A DNA stretch of 64,000 nt, from the NCBI GenBank assembly GCA_964252035.1, contig OZ176206.1; one strand, 5' to 3'. The DNA comes from Podarcis erhardii. Its lineage: Eukaryota. Position 1 is the stretch's first letter; every line of letters starts with the position of its first letter. The position numbers and the translations under genes are program-made. Positions 46,900 through 57,885 of this stretch are shown piece by piece. A model generated the notes under the pieces. That model worked only from the letters and a program-made list of their open reading frames with translations, was not told the origin of the DNA and searched no databases.

Positions 46900-48156
46900 G
46901 TAACCACTTTCCCTTTTTCTTGTGCACAGGGAACCCCTTCCCAGCACGGAAAGCAAAGCTCCAGCTGAGAGAAGCTGGGTCATGATGGTGTAGCAGTTCT
47001 CCCAAAGGCCCGGCTTCCAGGGGTTCTGTACAGAGCTCTCTTCCTGTTGGGAGCAAAACGAAGGTGCTCCTACCAGTTTCCAGCTACAGGAACTGTAGCT
47101 TCCTGGTTTTCTTGATGGTGCACCTCACTTTCCCTTCAAAGGAAAGTTGGTGGGTGGAAGCTTGTATATAGCCTTTCCATCTCCCTTTGGGGAAAGGAGG
47201 TGAGTGCAGTGAGGCTGGAGCAGGGGAAGGCAAACTGCTTTCTCATTTCCTTTCCCAAACTGGCCCTGCTTTAAGGCTGCTTTTCAGGGTCTGCAAGTCT
47301 TCACCACATTTCCTGTTTCCCTCTTGGTGCTGTGGGATGTGCTTGTTGGGGTGAGCAAGCCTAGGCAGGGGCCTCACCTATCCCTGCCCCCTAAAAAGGA
47401 GAGCAATATCTTGGTAGTCTAGCAGCTAAACCACTTCATGATTGTTTTGTCTTGTGTAAGCTAGAAAAATGACTGGTTTTTAATTTATTCTATGCCACTA
47501 TAATAATAATTACTATTTCTGTGCCTCTATTCATATATGAGTTCACAGTCATTTACAATTTGATAATACCAGCTAGATAATTAGCGAAGGTAATACCACT
47601 GAGGTAAAACAGGTAATGCAAAGTACAACAGCAGCAGTGCCCAAAATGGATAGCAGGGCAAAGAGGCAAGTGTGGAATTTGTATCTTGACTGCTTTCCTC
47701 CCAACCACGCTGCTTTCGGGGAACCAGGTCCAACTTTTCCAGTCTTCCATAGCCCTGTTCAGGCATTACTCACTAAAAGACGAAGAAGAAAATGGGATGG
47801 GAACTGGCAGGGCATACTTTTAGTCCACCCCAAATCCATGCAATTGCTCTTGGCCCCTTTCCCTTGGTGCACAATTAAGAGCCCTGGTAAAACAGGATTC
47901 TCAGTTGCACAGGAAGCCATTAGATGGCTTCTCCAAATAGAAACATTCACCCTAAAGATGTGAGGGGCCAGGGCTAAATGCACAGCCCACTGTACCCCTT
48001 CCTTATTTTGGTGAGTTTAGTGTCAACCAGGCAAATCCTACACTTTGAGAGAAGAGAGAGCTGTGCTGTTGCCTCCTGCATCTTAGGAGATGTAAATATT
48101 TGTGGGTCCTCTTTCCAAGTGAGATGTGAAACACCCTTTCCTCTTCCCTTCTCCAG

Positions 48157-48319
48157 TTGAAAGAGTTTGCAAACTTTGACTTTGATGTATGGCGGAAGAA
48201 GTACATGCGCTGGATGAACCACAAGAAGTCACGTGTGATGGACTTCTTCCGGCGGATTGACAAAGACCAAGATGGGAAAATCACCCGGCAGGAGTTCATT
48301 GATGGCATCCTGGCATCCA
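48157..48319 (+). CDS. MACF1: MACF1 exon, EF-hand 1 (loop [12 protein letters not shown])
   Basis: ctccag acceptor, A|GTAAG; 163 nt, phase 0-1; canonical EF loop. Confidence 0.96.
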
Positions 48320-48497
48320 GTAAGCCCCCTAACTCTTTTAATGCTTAAAACGCTTTCAGCTACCTTTACCTGCAGACTTAGTTTTTTCCCCAGATTGAGA
48401 AGCAGGAAGCAATTCCTGCTTAGTGTCAAGCAAACAACCCTGCCTGCAAGAAGAGCCATTGTGGTGCAGTATAGTGTAAAAACTGTAATAAAAGTAA

Positions 48498-48596
48498 TAG
48501 TGGTTAGAGTGTCGGACTAGGAGCTGGGAGACCAGGGTTCAAATCCCCACTCAGCTGTAAAGCTCACTAGGTGACCTTAGGCCAGTCACTGCCTAT
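48498..48596 (+). mobile_element. tRNA-derived SINE (family A)
   Basis: tagtggttagagtgtcggactagg...gggttcaaatccccactcagc...aagctcactaggtgacc. Confidence 0.75.
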
Positions 48597-48664
48597 CAAA
48601 GATGTCTGACAAATCTTGCATTTGAGATCGGTAATGGAGTTTCCATTTGTTCTCTCCCATTCAG

Positions 48665-48819
48665 AATTCCCCACTACTAAATTGGAGATGACTGCGGTAG
48701 CTGACATCTTTGACCGTGATGGGGATGGTTACATTGACTATTATGAGTTTGTAGCTGCTCTGCACCCTAACAAAGATGCTTATCGGCCAACAACAGATGC
48801 AGACAAAATTGAGGATGAG
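48665..48819 (+). CDS. MACF1: MACF1 exon, EF-hand 2 (loop [12 protein letters not shown]) and start of GAR
   Basis: ttcag acceptor, GAG|GTAAG; 155 nt, phase 1-0. Confidence 0.96.
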
Positions 48820-49899
48820 GTAAGACATTTTGATAAGGCAGCAGGGATCCAGGAGCTATGGAGATAGTTAAGCTGTTTCAATCTCACACTGCTCTGCAAG
48901 CACCTAGGATGCAGTTGGTGCAGTAAGTTGTGGAAGGATGCCTGCTTAATCTTCCTGCCCCCCTCCCTTTAAAGCCCACCTCTTCCAGAAAGCCTTTGGC
49001 AAAACCTCTACCTGGTCTCCATGCCCTAATTCAATAGCCCCACATTTTTTTTTCTGCTATCCTCCCTTGTTACTTATTTTCTAGCTTGTAGGCACCTTGA
49101 GAAAGGGACCTGTTTTCTCATACTTTGCAAAGCACCACTTGCATGGATAGTGCCATAAGAATAATCATAATAGTCACAAGTGCCAGCCTTCATTTGCTCA
49201 GGGCTGTCACATCTCTTTTGCATGTAAAAAGTCAAGGAATCAAAATTCATGAGAGCGAGAATTTGAGTCAAGAAGTGAGAGACTTTGCCAATGCAGTAAC
49301 ATCCAGGTGTGGAACCCCCTCTACTCTAAAGTTCAGCTGGTGCCAACCTTTGTTAAATTCCTAGGCCTGCTGGAGACCTTCCTCCTCCTTCTCCAGGCCT
49401 TCTACATTTTACATATGTAGCTGCAGAGTTCCAGAGAGTTGCTATAAAAACAGTGGGAGTTGTTTTCATGGTGATAATTGTATTTTATTGCTATGTTGTA
49501 TTTTAACTTCTTGCAACCCACCCTAAGATCATTTGTGATGACAGGAGGGATATAAATCTTTAAAATATATAGTAGAACGGGATTTTGAATCTTATCTGGG
49601 GAAGGTAGTGTGGTGCAATAAGTAGACCCTCAGACTTGTTCCACTGGGGTCTTGAGTTAAAATCCCTCCTATTCAACCATGAAGCTCACCAAAACAGCCA
49701 TAGTCCAGTCACCACTAATCTTCCTATCCTCACAGGGTTGTGATAAAGATAAATTGGGACAGTACTGCCCACCTTTTGCCCTTTGTGGTTTTTCGGTAGG
49801 GACTGTCTTAAAGTAAAAACAAAAAAACTTTCAAACCAGTTGGAGAGCTTTCCTGTAGTTTAGCCTAATGGAATGTCTTCTTTTCTTTCTACCCAACAG

Positions 49900-49974
49900 G
49901 TGACCAGGCAGGTGGCTCAGTGTAAATGCGCAAAGAGATTCCAAGTGGAGCAGATTGGAGAGAACAAATACCGG
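49900..49974 (+). CDS. MACF1: MACF1 exon, GAR domain ([25 protein letters not shown])
   Basis: acag acceptor, CGG|GTAAG; 75 nt, phase 0-0; CKC zinc ligands. Confidence 0.96.
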
Positions 49975-50741
49975 GTAAGCTGAAGGGGGCTTTGCTTGCA
50001 TTGACAGTTTGGGGTTCTTCTGGCAGCCTGATGGTTTCATTGTAAAGGGTTAAAAAAAAAGTTCTCCAATTTTATTGTGGACCCCCATTTCATTTTGTGG
50101 CAGGCAACTCCATGATTGACGGGGGGGCGGGGCAGTTAGTGTTTCCTTTTGCCTGTTTTACTTTCCAGCCCTGTGTGTTCCTCTGAGATTTAAACATAGT
50201 CCTTCTGAAAATGCTCATGGGCAACTTCTGTGCTGCTTCTGTTTTTGTCTCAAGTTCTCAGAGTCTTCCACTGGCAATAGAGCCATCTAGCTTAGCTTCC
50301 CCATGTGCCTGAACTGTGTGCAATTTTAGCTGAGGTGCAAACAATCTGAGCAGCCACTTCTTGGTGGCTGCATTTTTAAGGAACAAAGTGGGGGTTATAA
50401 TTATCACTTGGGTTGGCAAAATGTCTTGAGCTTGCCCTGAATTTAGCACAAGAGCGGAGTGTGTAAAATAACCAGCACTGACCCTTGTCACATTTTTAAA
50501 GTGTACAAGATCTTTGGCTTGCTTTGTTAATATAAATATGTATAAAAGGGAAGTACCAAAATGTGACATTTAGCATGCTGAGTAATGTTGAGTATACACA
50601 TCAGTGGTACTTGTGGTTAACAAGACATTTTTCATAGTGATGCTCTGTTAATGCTGCTCAATGTTTTTTGTTCCCTCTCTCTCTCTCTCTCCCTCCCTCC
50701 CTCTTCTCTCTCTTTCATTTGTACTTTCTTCTCCTTTGTAG

Positions 50742-50759
50742 TTCTTCCTCGGCAACCAG
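50742..50759 (+). CDS. MACF1: MACF1 18-nt optional microexon in GAR domain (FFLGNQ)
   Basis: ttgtag|TTCTTCCTCGGCAACCAG|gtacag, phase 0-0; matches the recalled KYR-FFLGNQ-FGDS isoform. Confidence 0.9.
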
Positions 50760-51087
50760 GTACAGTGTGCCTTGCAATGCTGTCTCTACATCCTTTTATA
50801 GATTGTTTCCCTTAAAAGAATCGCATGTGTTGTCCCTTTACAAACTGATATTTTCATTGCTATGGGTGGTTGTGCTGGTGTGGATGCTGTGGTAAGAGCT
50901 TGTCTGTATTAACAGCCAAGATTCTGGTATACAGTGACATAATGATCAAGGAATGGAATGGAAGCAACGCTACAAATGTGCAAATGCACCCATAGTGACA
51001 GACACACACATGAGCACTCACAGAGGAACTTTCATGTGTTTTGTGTGCCAGACACTTTTTTAGAAAATTGAAACTCTTGGTAGTGAA

Positions 51088-51212
51088 GCAGCCTTCGCCA
51101 ACTTTGTGCCCTCCTGATGGTTTGGACTGTGACTCCAATCAACCCCGATTGTGCTAGTTGGGACTGATGAGAGTTTCAGCCCAAACTGTCTGAAGAGCAC
51201 CATATTGGCAAA
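51088..51212. mobile_element. Fold-back MITE-like element
   Basis: gccttcgccaactttgtgccctcc / gagcaccatattggcaaagtc arms. Confidence 0.6.
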
Positions 51213-53677
51213 GTCTGCTTTAAAATAACTCATATTTGACTTCTTGTGCAACTAAGCTGGAAAACTGTGCAGGCAGGACTGAATGCCTCAAAACTGGCTA
51301 AGTCAAATTGGCTTAACTTGAACCAGGCTGTAGCCCTTGAACCAGTCTCTGAAGCCCATTGTTCAGCCATAAGATGTATTAGAGCACAATCACAGTTTGA
51401 TTCTGTAAGCTCAGCCATAGTCCCACATATCTGAGAGATGTAGAGAAAGGATTCCCATTGGAGCTGAGCACTGCATAATCCTATGATTTCAGAACCTGCC
51501 ACATGACTTTGCTGGTGGGGGATTGATGGATATTTTCAATCACTAGCAACTGAGGCTATGCTGTTAACCACAAAAATAAAATATCCAGAACTGACCAAGG
51601 GCACATAGAGCAGAACATACTGTGCATGCAAATCCATACCCCTGAGGCATGTGAATAGCAAGCTCATTGAGCTAATTATCATTTCCATTGTGTACCTTCA
51701 GATTTCTAATATACTTGAGGCAAGAAGACACATTTTTCTTGCAGCTCCTCACAAGTTTGGTCCTTCCACTGTAACATCAGAGCAAGATACCAGCAGGATA
51801 CCTAGTTCTCTTGGTTCTTCCAGGAGGTGTAACTTCTGTGCCTCTTTCACAGAGTTGAAATTCTTGCAATGTATTCTGTATACCAGTATCTGGATGCCTT
51901 CCAATTAATTTTCCACCGCTTTTGGAATGCAAGCACTGAATCCATTTGGATAATTTCCTTCCATAATTAGCACTAAAGCTTCAAGCCATCTGCATGGATC
52001 GTGTCAAATAACTCGAGGCTTCAAGAAGATAAAATGAAAAAAAATGCTTCTCATTTCCTCCTGCATAATATTTAGCCAAATCATAACTCCAGAGGGAGTT
52101 TCAGCAATGCAGAGAAGAAATACATTTTAAACTTGTTTTGTGAGATACGTTCTGCCCCTCAGTTGATAATATGGTAGGAAACTAATGTCTTCAGTGCCTC
52201 AATTTTGCTGGACAGGGTGGACTGTTTTTACTTCAAATGAGCCCTCAAAGCCTAACGTTATAAAAAGGACTTGAATTTCCTTGAACTGGTAGGAAAGAGC
52301 ACAGTTAAAGTCTTGCTTGTTCAGAAAATCAGATGGTGAGCCAAAAACAGAGAGAAGGTCCATGCAGCTGATTGTAGTTACCTTCCCTCACTTTGTAATG
52401 TAGAAATGGGAAATTCCTCACCTGTAAAACATGACCTACTTTACCATGAGGGTGATGACAATTAAGGGCAGTGAAAAAGATTCATATAGCACTTGGCATT
52501 TCCAGTTTGCATTATGGATGCTGATCTTTGCAGAGCAGATTTCTAGTGAGGCAGGACATACTGTTTGGTCCATTGGTCAAGGCTTCAAATTGTGGAGATG
52601 TCATACTGCTAGTGGTCATTTCAGTAAATGTATTTCTGATCCTTAAGGCTACCACTTTGCAGGTTTGCACATCTCTGGCTGCTGCAATTAACTCTTCTGC
52701 GTGGTGGTGGGGATGTCATGTACCATGAAATTTATGGGTCTTCAGATCTGGTGAAGGGCTTCTCTCCTTTTTGATGAGTGATTGGTGGGATTCCGTTACT
52801 GAATTTCATGTGAATTCCAGTTGTCCTCTCTCCAGAAATGAACTGTATCAAGACTGGCATGTGGCTGAATTCGAACCATGCTCTAAACAACAACACCCCC
52901 AAGTCCTTTGTTGGGAAATTGCTCAAAAGTTTGAAGTTCTGGCTTTATTTCATCTTCTGCATAACACAATGGTTACAGTTGGCCCAGAGACAAATGGGCA
53001 AGCCTTTAAGGGAGCACAATAGATGTGCAAACACTGCAGAGGAGTTATTTCTTGGGCACTACCTCACCCTGAGTCCTCTTTGGTCCATAGCATAGCCTGG
53101 TCCATAGCAACTGTCTAGCCGTTGATCTCCAGGGCAGTCTCTGGCAGGAAGAGAGAAAAGGCCTTTCCCATCACCTACTGCTTGGCTGATTCATTTTAAC
53201 CTGAAATGCTTCCAGGAATGGGCTATGGGGTCTTTTGAGCACAGAACAGGTCCCTGCCACTGAGCTGAGGTAGCTCCAGCAAACAAGGGTGCACCTCCTT
53301 CATTTTCATTTAGTTAAATTAGCAGTGCATTAAAATGGATCCACTCTGGTTTTATTAACATCATCATCATCACCATTATTCATTCATATACCGCTTATAG
53401 ACTTCTAAGTGGTTTACAAAGCATGAAAACCAGTTATACAAACATTTAAAATATAAACATCCATAATAAACCCATTTAGACATTTAAAAAATTATATTTC
53501 TTAAAAGCAGCTAGTAGGTTCAGGAGAGAGGCCCCAGTGTCAAAGCCCATCCTGCTGCAGTCCCCCTCCTGAAGCGGCCCTGTGCTGCCACCTTTCTTTT
53601 TTAATTGCAAGGTGTCTTTGGGGCTCTTTTGTGGGTGCTCATCTAAACCATTTCCCCCTCTGCTGCTCCCTCCACAG

Positions 53678-53795
53678 TTTGGCGATTCGCAGCAACTGCG
53701 GCTGGTCCGTATCCTGCGTAGCACAGTCATGGTTCGCGTTGGTGGAGGATGGATGGCCCTGGATGAGTTTTTAGTGAAGAACGATCCTTGCAGAG
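53678..53795 (+). CDS. MACF1: MACF1 exon, GAR domain ([39 protein letters not shown])
   Basis: acag acceptor, G|GTAAG; 118 nt, phase 0-1; hallmark RVGGGW motif and DPC zinc ligands. Confidence 0.97.
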
Positions 53796-54392
53796 GTAAG
53801 AAATGGAGAGTGATTCTTAACAAACTTGGGGCTCTTAACCTCCCCCAGTGTAAGGCTGTGAGGTGTCTGCCATTAAAAGTGAGTGGGCCAGGACCACCCA
53901 TGGAGCACAGCCCAGCCCAGCCCAGCCCAGCAGGAAGTCTTCTTGAGGTCAGTCAAAAGATCAGCCTAGCCAAGGACTTCTTGAGGTGGGTGACCTGTGT
54001 TGATGAGTGGGAGAGAAGTGCCAGTGAGGTTCTGTGTTGCAAACACCATGATATCTTGGGCAGACCCTAGTCCATCCTGAATGTCAGCATAAGTACCAAT
54101 AAGTACTTGACTAGGACTTCCTATGTAACACTCACATGTTGCGGGGGGGGGGGGAGAAGTAGAATCCATAAGAGCCCCCACCCTCCCACCCACCTCTTCA
54201 CATCTGTGGGCTGAGCTCTCTTCTCGTACCCTTTCCATTTTTCCTCTAAAATGGCTGCCCTGCATGCCAGCCAGCGTGTAAGAGACTTCTCCTTGCCTTT
54301 TTCCTCCTCCTCCTCCTCCCCTTTGACCCCCACTGCTGTTTATTTTTCCTTCTCTATCTTTTCTTTGTATATATGTATTTTCTTTATTCTAG

Positions 54393-54461
54393 TTCACCAC
54401 CCGGGAAGTAAAATAAAACGCTCTGATTCCAGCTCTTCGATTGCCAGTCAGTCTCCGATAG
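54393..54461 (+). CDS. MACF1: MACF1 69-nt optional exon (VHHPGSKIKRSDSSSSIASQSPI)
   Basis: ttctag acceptor after a long pyrimidine tract, G|GTTGG donor; symmetric phase 1-1; paralogous to the recalled dystonin post-GAR insert VHHHGSK. Confidence 0.8.
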
Positions 54462-55195
54462 GTTGGCGGTTTTTCTTGGCTTCCTCTCACTACTACTCCT
54501 CCACTTGTTGGGAATGGCTTTGCTTCTCTAACCTGCCTTGATCTTCCCCATCATCCCCTCTGGTCCAGAATAGTACTTTGCTGTAGTAAAGGGCATGGGG
54601 TGGGGGCAGAGAGACAGACAAAGACCTTTGGGGGGGGGCTGGTTTGGGCTGAAAGCTGCAAGTTGAGTAGGCTTCACAGCCCCTGCCTCATCTTGTTCCT
54701 GTCTGTCACATTGGCCCTGAAATCACCATTCACTTTTTCCCAGGGGTTGCAACATGTATCCTCTGCACCAGCTTATGCTCGCAGCCGCCTTGATGGGTTC
54801 AGCTGAGCAAGAGCAGCTTGCCCCGAGTGAGGAGCAGGGATTTGGGCCCTGGTTCAACACCAGACTAGCTTCCTTTCTTGCCTTGCCTGCATCTCCCTCA
54901 ATCCCAAAAAAAATTCCTCCCCTTTTCTATTATATCATTTACCTTTTCTCCTGGAAATTGCCTGTAAGTAAATATGGTGTTCTGTAAGACAAAAGGCTGA
55001 TGTTAGAGGCTTGTGAGGGAATGGCTACCCACCCAACCCTCCAGCCTGCAGTCTGGGCCCCCTTCCTTTGAAGACAGGTTATTCCTTTTGGCCTGTGGCT
55101 GTTGGGTGGCCATTTTCCCCTTCCCTCCTATGATAGTTTGTCTGAATGCGGCTGCATGCTGCCATGTTGTAAAACATCTGGGATAGTCTTCGCAA

Positions 55196-55300
55196 GTCAG
55201 TGCTTTCCAGATGTTTTGGACTATAACACTCATCATTCCCAGCTAGCATGCACCATGAAAGATGGGGCTGATGGGAGTTGTAGTTCAAAGCATCTGAGGG
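55196..55300. mobile_element. Fold-back MITE-like element
   Basis: ccagatgttttggactataac / gatgggagttgtagttcaaagcatctgaggg arms. Confidence 0.65.
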
Positions 55301-55894
55301 CCTAGGGTTCAAGAAAGCTTCTCTAGGATTTGTTTCTTGATTGCCTCTTGGTACTGCTGATTCTTCCGTTCCTGGTGCTGCTCTTGAGCACTCCTGCTAG
55401 GCGTCCGCAGATTGTTCTGATGCAATCCTAGGGGTGCTTCCAGATGGGGGTTTATCATGGAATCAGCGCACCTGATGCATGCAAGTGTTTTACAGAGTCC
55501 ACACAACATTGTTAGCATCAAAAAGCCAGCTTTTACCAACTCTGAATTTGATCTTACTGGGGAAAATCTGATAAATATATATATAAACCCAGTTACCAAC
55601 AACCCACTTGCGGTATCTCAATAGCTCGTTTGCAAGCTAAGCCCCTCTCTGGAAGTCCCCTTGGCAGCTGCAATTGCTTGTCTTGGGGTGGATAATGTGT
55701 GAAATCTCCAGCTGCCCCTTTTTCTGCCTGGCAAGGCTTTATGCATGGTGCCTTGCTCACTTAACAAAACTGCTCCTTGCTGTGTGTATCTGTTTGTTAG
55801 GTTTGTTGCTGTTTTTCCTGTAAAACTGAAGAATATGCTCGCTGTTTTGCTATGAAGCAGGTGGTATAATTGCAGAGGAAGGAAACTGAAAATT

Positions 55895-56098
55895 GGGGAA
55901 GGGGTGTATCTCAGTGGGAGAGCAACTGCTCTGCCCGCAGGTGGTCCTAGCTAGGTTCAGTCCCTGATGGTATCTCCAGGTAGGGCTGGAAGAGACTCCT
56001 GCCAGAAATTATGGAGAGCCACTGCCGGTCAGTGTACGCAATGCTAAGCTATGGGGATCAATGATCTGACACAATATAAAGCAGCTTCCTATGTTCCT
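55895..56098 (+). mobile_element. tRNA-Ala-derived SINE (family B), near full length
   Basis: tRNA-like head gtgtatctcagtgggagagca...ggttcagtccc, body ctccaggtagggctgg, tail gcagcttcctatgttcct. Confidence 0.8.
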
Positions 56099-56296
56099 GT
56101 ATCCTGGTTGCAAATTTTAAGTCAGGTTTATTTCCTTCCATTTCTTGAGAATCAGGTGAAAATGAATTGAGAGCTCTTTGGACGACACTTTGTTTCCCAG
56201 ACCTCTTGCCACATAAACTTAGCTAAGTGTGCTGTGCCAGCAGCTGAGCAAGCTCTGCTTTGGGTCAGCAAGCTTCCCACAGCTGGGGGGGGGGGG

Positions 56297-56435
56297 TCAT
56301 AGAATTGTAGAGTTGGGAGGAAACCCAAGGGTCATCTATTCACCCCTGCAATGCAGGAATCTTTTGCTCAGTCTGGGGCTTGAACCCACGACCTTGAGAT
56401 TAAGAGTCTCATGTTCTGCTGACTAAGCTATTCCA
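56297..56435 (-). mobile_element. tRNA-Lys(CTT)-headed SINE with CR1 3' tail
   Basis: Reverse strand tagcttagtcagcagaacatgagactcttaatctcaaggtcgtgggttcaagcccca is close to vertebrate tRNA-Lys(CTT) and is fused to a CR1-type tail ending ttctatga. Confidence 0.85.
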
Positions 56436-56978
56436 GAATTCTTTGGTGCTGAACTGAGACTGGGTAAAGGAGACTCCCCCCACTCCAGAGGATCCTTCAC
56501 TAGCCTGTAAAGCAGATTGTACAGAAGGATGTGAGTAATAGATGGCGTTGGTGGTATAGACGAGACGGGCGCTGTCTATACGTGCTTAGAGGTTGCATAT
56601 CTGAGTCCTTTCAAAAGTGTATGGACTTGCCCTGGTGCAGGCTGAAACACCACTGCTCTGAATGATGTTTGTGGTGGGGGCTTCTATATGAGCTACAGAA
56701 TGCTCCTAGATCTTCCCCCTCCTAGGAAGACTTTTCCTCTCTATCATGAGACTTTTAAGCTGCTGCTGGTGAGAAGCAAAGTGAGAAGACCAAGGGGTCT
56801 CTCTCACAGAAAATTAACTGGAAGGAGGAGGAAAGAATCCAAAGCACACCCCAGCAAGCCTGCACCAGGGAGTTAGAAGCATCTGGCTTTGCCTGGCTTT
56901 GCCATCTGTTTATATTTCAGTCTCTGGTTTCTTTGGCTTTTTTTTCCTTCATGTTTTATGGTGGTTCCTTTCCTACAG

Positions 56979-57190
56979 CTCGAGGAAGAACTAACCTTGA
57001 ACTTCGAGAGAAATTCATTCTCCCAGAGGGAGCTTCTCAGGGAATGGCGCCATTCCGGTCCAGGGGGCGCAGGTCAAAGCCCTCCTCTCGGGCAGCCTCC
57101 CCAACGCGGTCCAGCTCAAGCGCCAGCCAGAGCAACCACAGCTGCACTTCGATGCCCTCCTCCCCAGCCACACCTGCAAGCGGGACAAAG
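56979..57190 (+). CDS. MACF1: MACF1 exon, post-GAR Ser/Arg-rich tail ([12 protein letters not shown]...PASGTK)
   Basis: ctacag acceptor, AAG|GTGAG; 212 nt, phase 1-0. Confidence 0.95.
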
Positions 57191-57486
57191 GTGAGAGGGC
57201 TTCTTTAACCATTAAAAATGGCTTCTGTCACTCAGTTGCTCCAGGACAAGTACAGGCCTCTGAGTGTCCATTGGGGCCTGTCCACAGAGGACAGAACTTT
57301 CAGGGTCACTCAAACATTTATTTCTGCCCACGATGACAATGAAATGCTGTCACATCCAGGTGGGTAGAGTGAAATGGCGGAGTTCCTCTTCCCCTCCCCT
57401 CCCCTCCCCCAAATTACACCTGTCTGTGTCTCATTTTAATTTTTGGGCCATCCCTGGCTTGTTTTCTTGGCTTCTGTGATCCTAAG

Positions 57487-57588
57487 AGTTTTTCTCCCAC
57501 GGCGCTTGGCCTGGGTGAGATGGCCACGTTGGCAGTGGGCACAGAGCACAACCCCTACTTGTGTAACTCTCATCTCGTCGCCCATTTT
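57487..57588 (+). CDS. Candidate additional 102-nt in-frame cassette exon (SFSPTALGLGEMATLAVGTEHNPYLCNSHLVAHF)
   Basis: taag acceptor after a 102-nt AG-free zone, TTT|GTATGT donor, phase 0-0, no stop. Not recognised from known isoforms. Confidence 0.35.
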
Positions 57589-57774
57589 GTATGTTTCCTT
57601 TCATTACCTGTTGGGTTTGTTTTTCTATTTTATTTTAGGGTTTATTTACTTTTCTGTTTTTATTTTCCTTCCATCCTGTACACCTCCCTCCCCGCCCCAT
57701 CCCTCCTTTGCTTTCACTCCCTTCCCCCTTCCCTCCCTCTCCCTCAATTTCTCTTTGGATTTTCCATTTCACAG

Positions 57775-57885
57775 ACTCCGCATCACTTCACTCGCAGTTA
57801 TGACAAACCCTGGTTGGTAAACAGCAAGGCAGGTACCCCTTTGAGGGGCTACGATAATGCTGACCTCCACCTGTCTGCTTCTGAG
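57775..57885 (+). CDS. MACF1: MACF1 111-nt optional exon (TPHHFTRSYDKPWLVNSKAGTP...LSASE)
   Basis: acag acceptor, GAG|GTAGA; phase 0-0; YDKPWLVNSKAGTP matches a recalled MACF1 alternative exon. Confidence 0.85.

Noticed and set aside
56365-56435. Functional tRNA-Lys gene
   Set aside because: Acceptor-stem ends diverge, D-arm substitutions, no T-run terminator, and it continues into a CR1 tail, so it is a SINE head.
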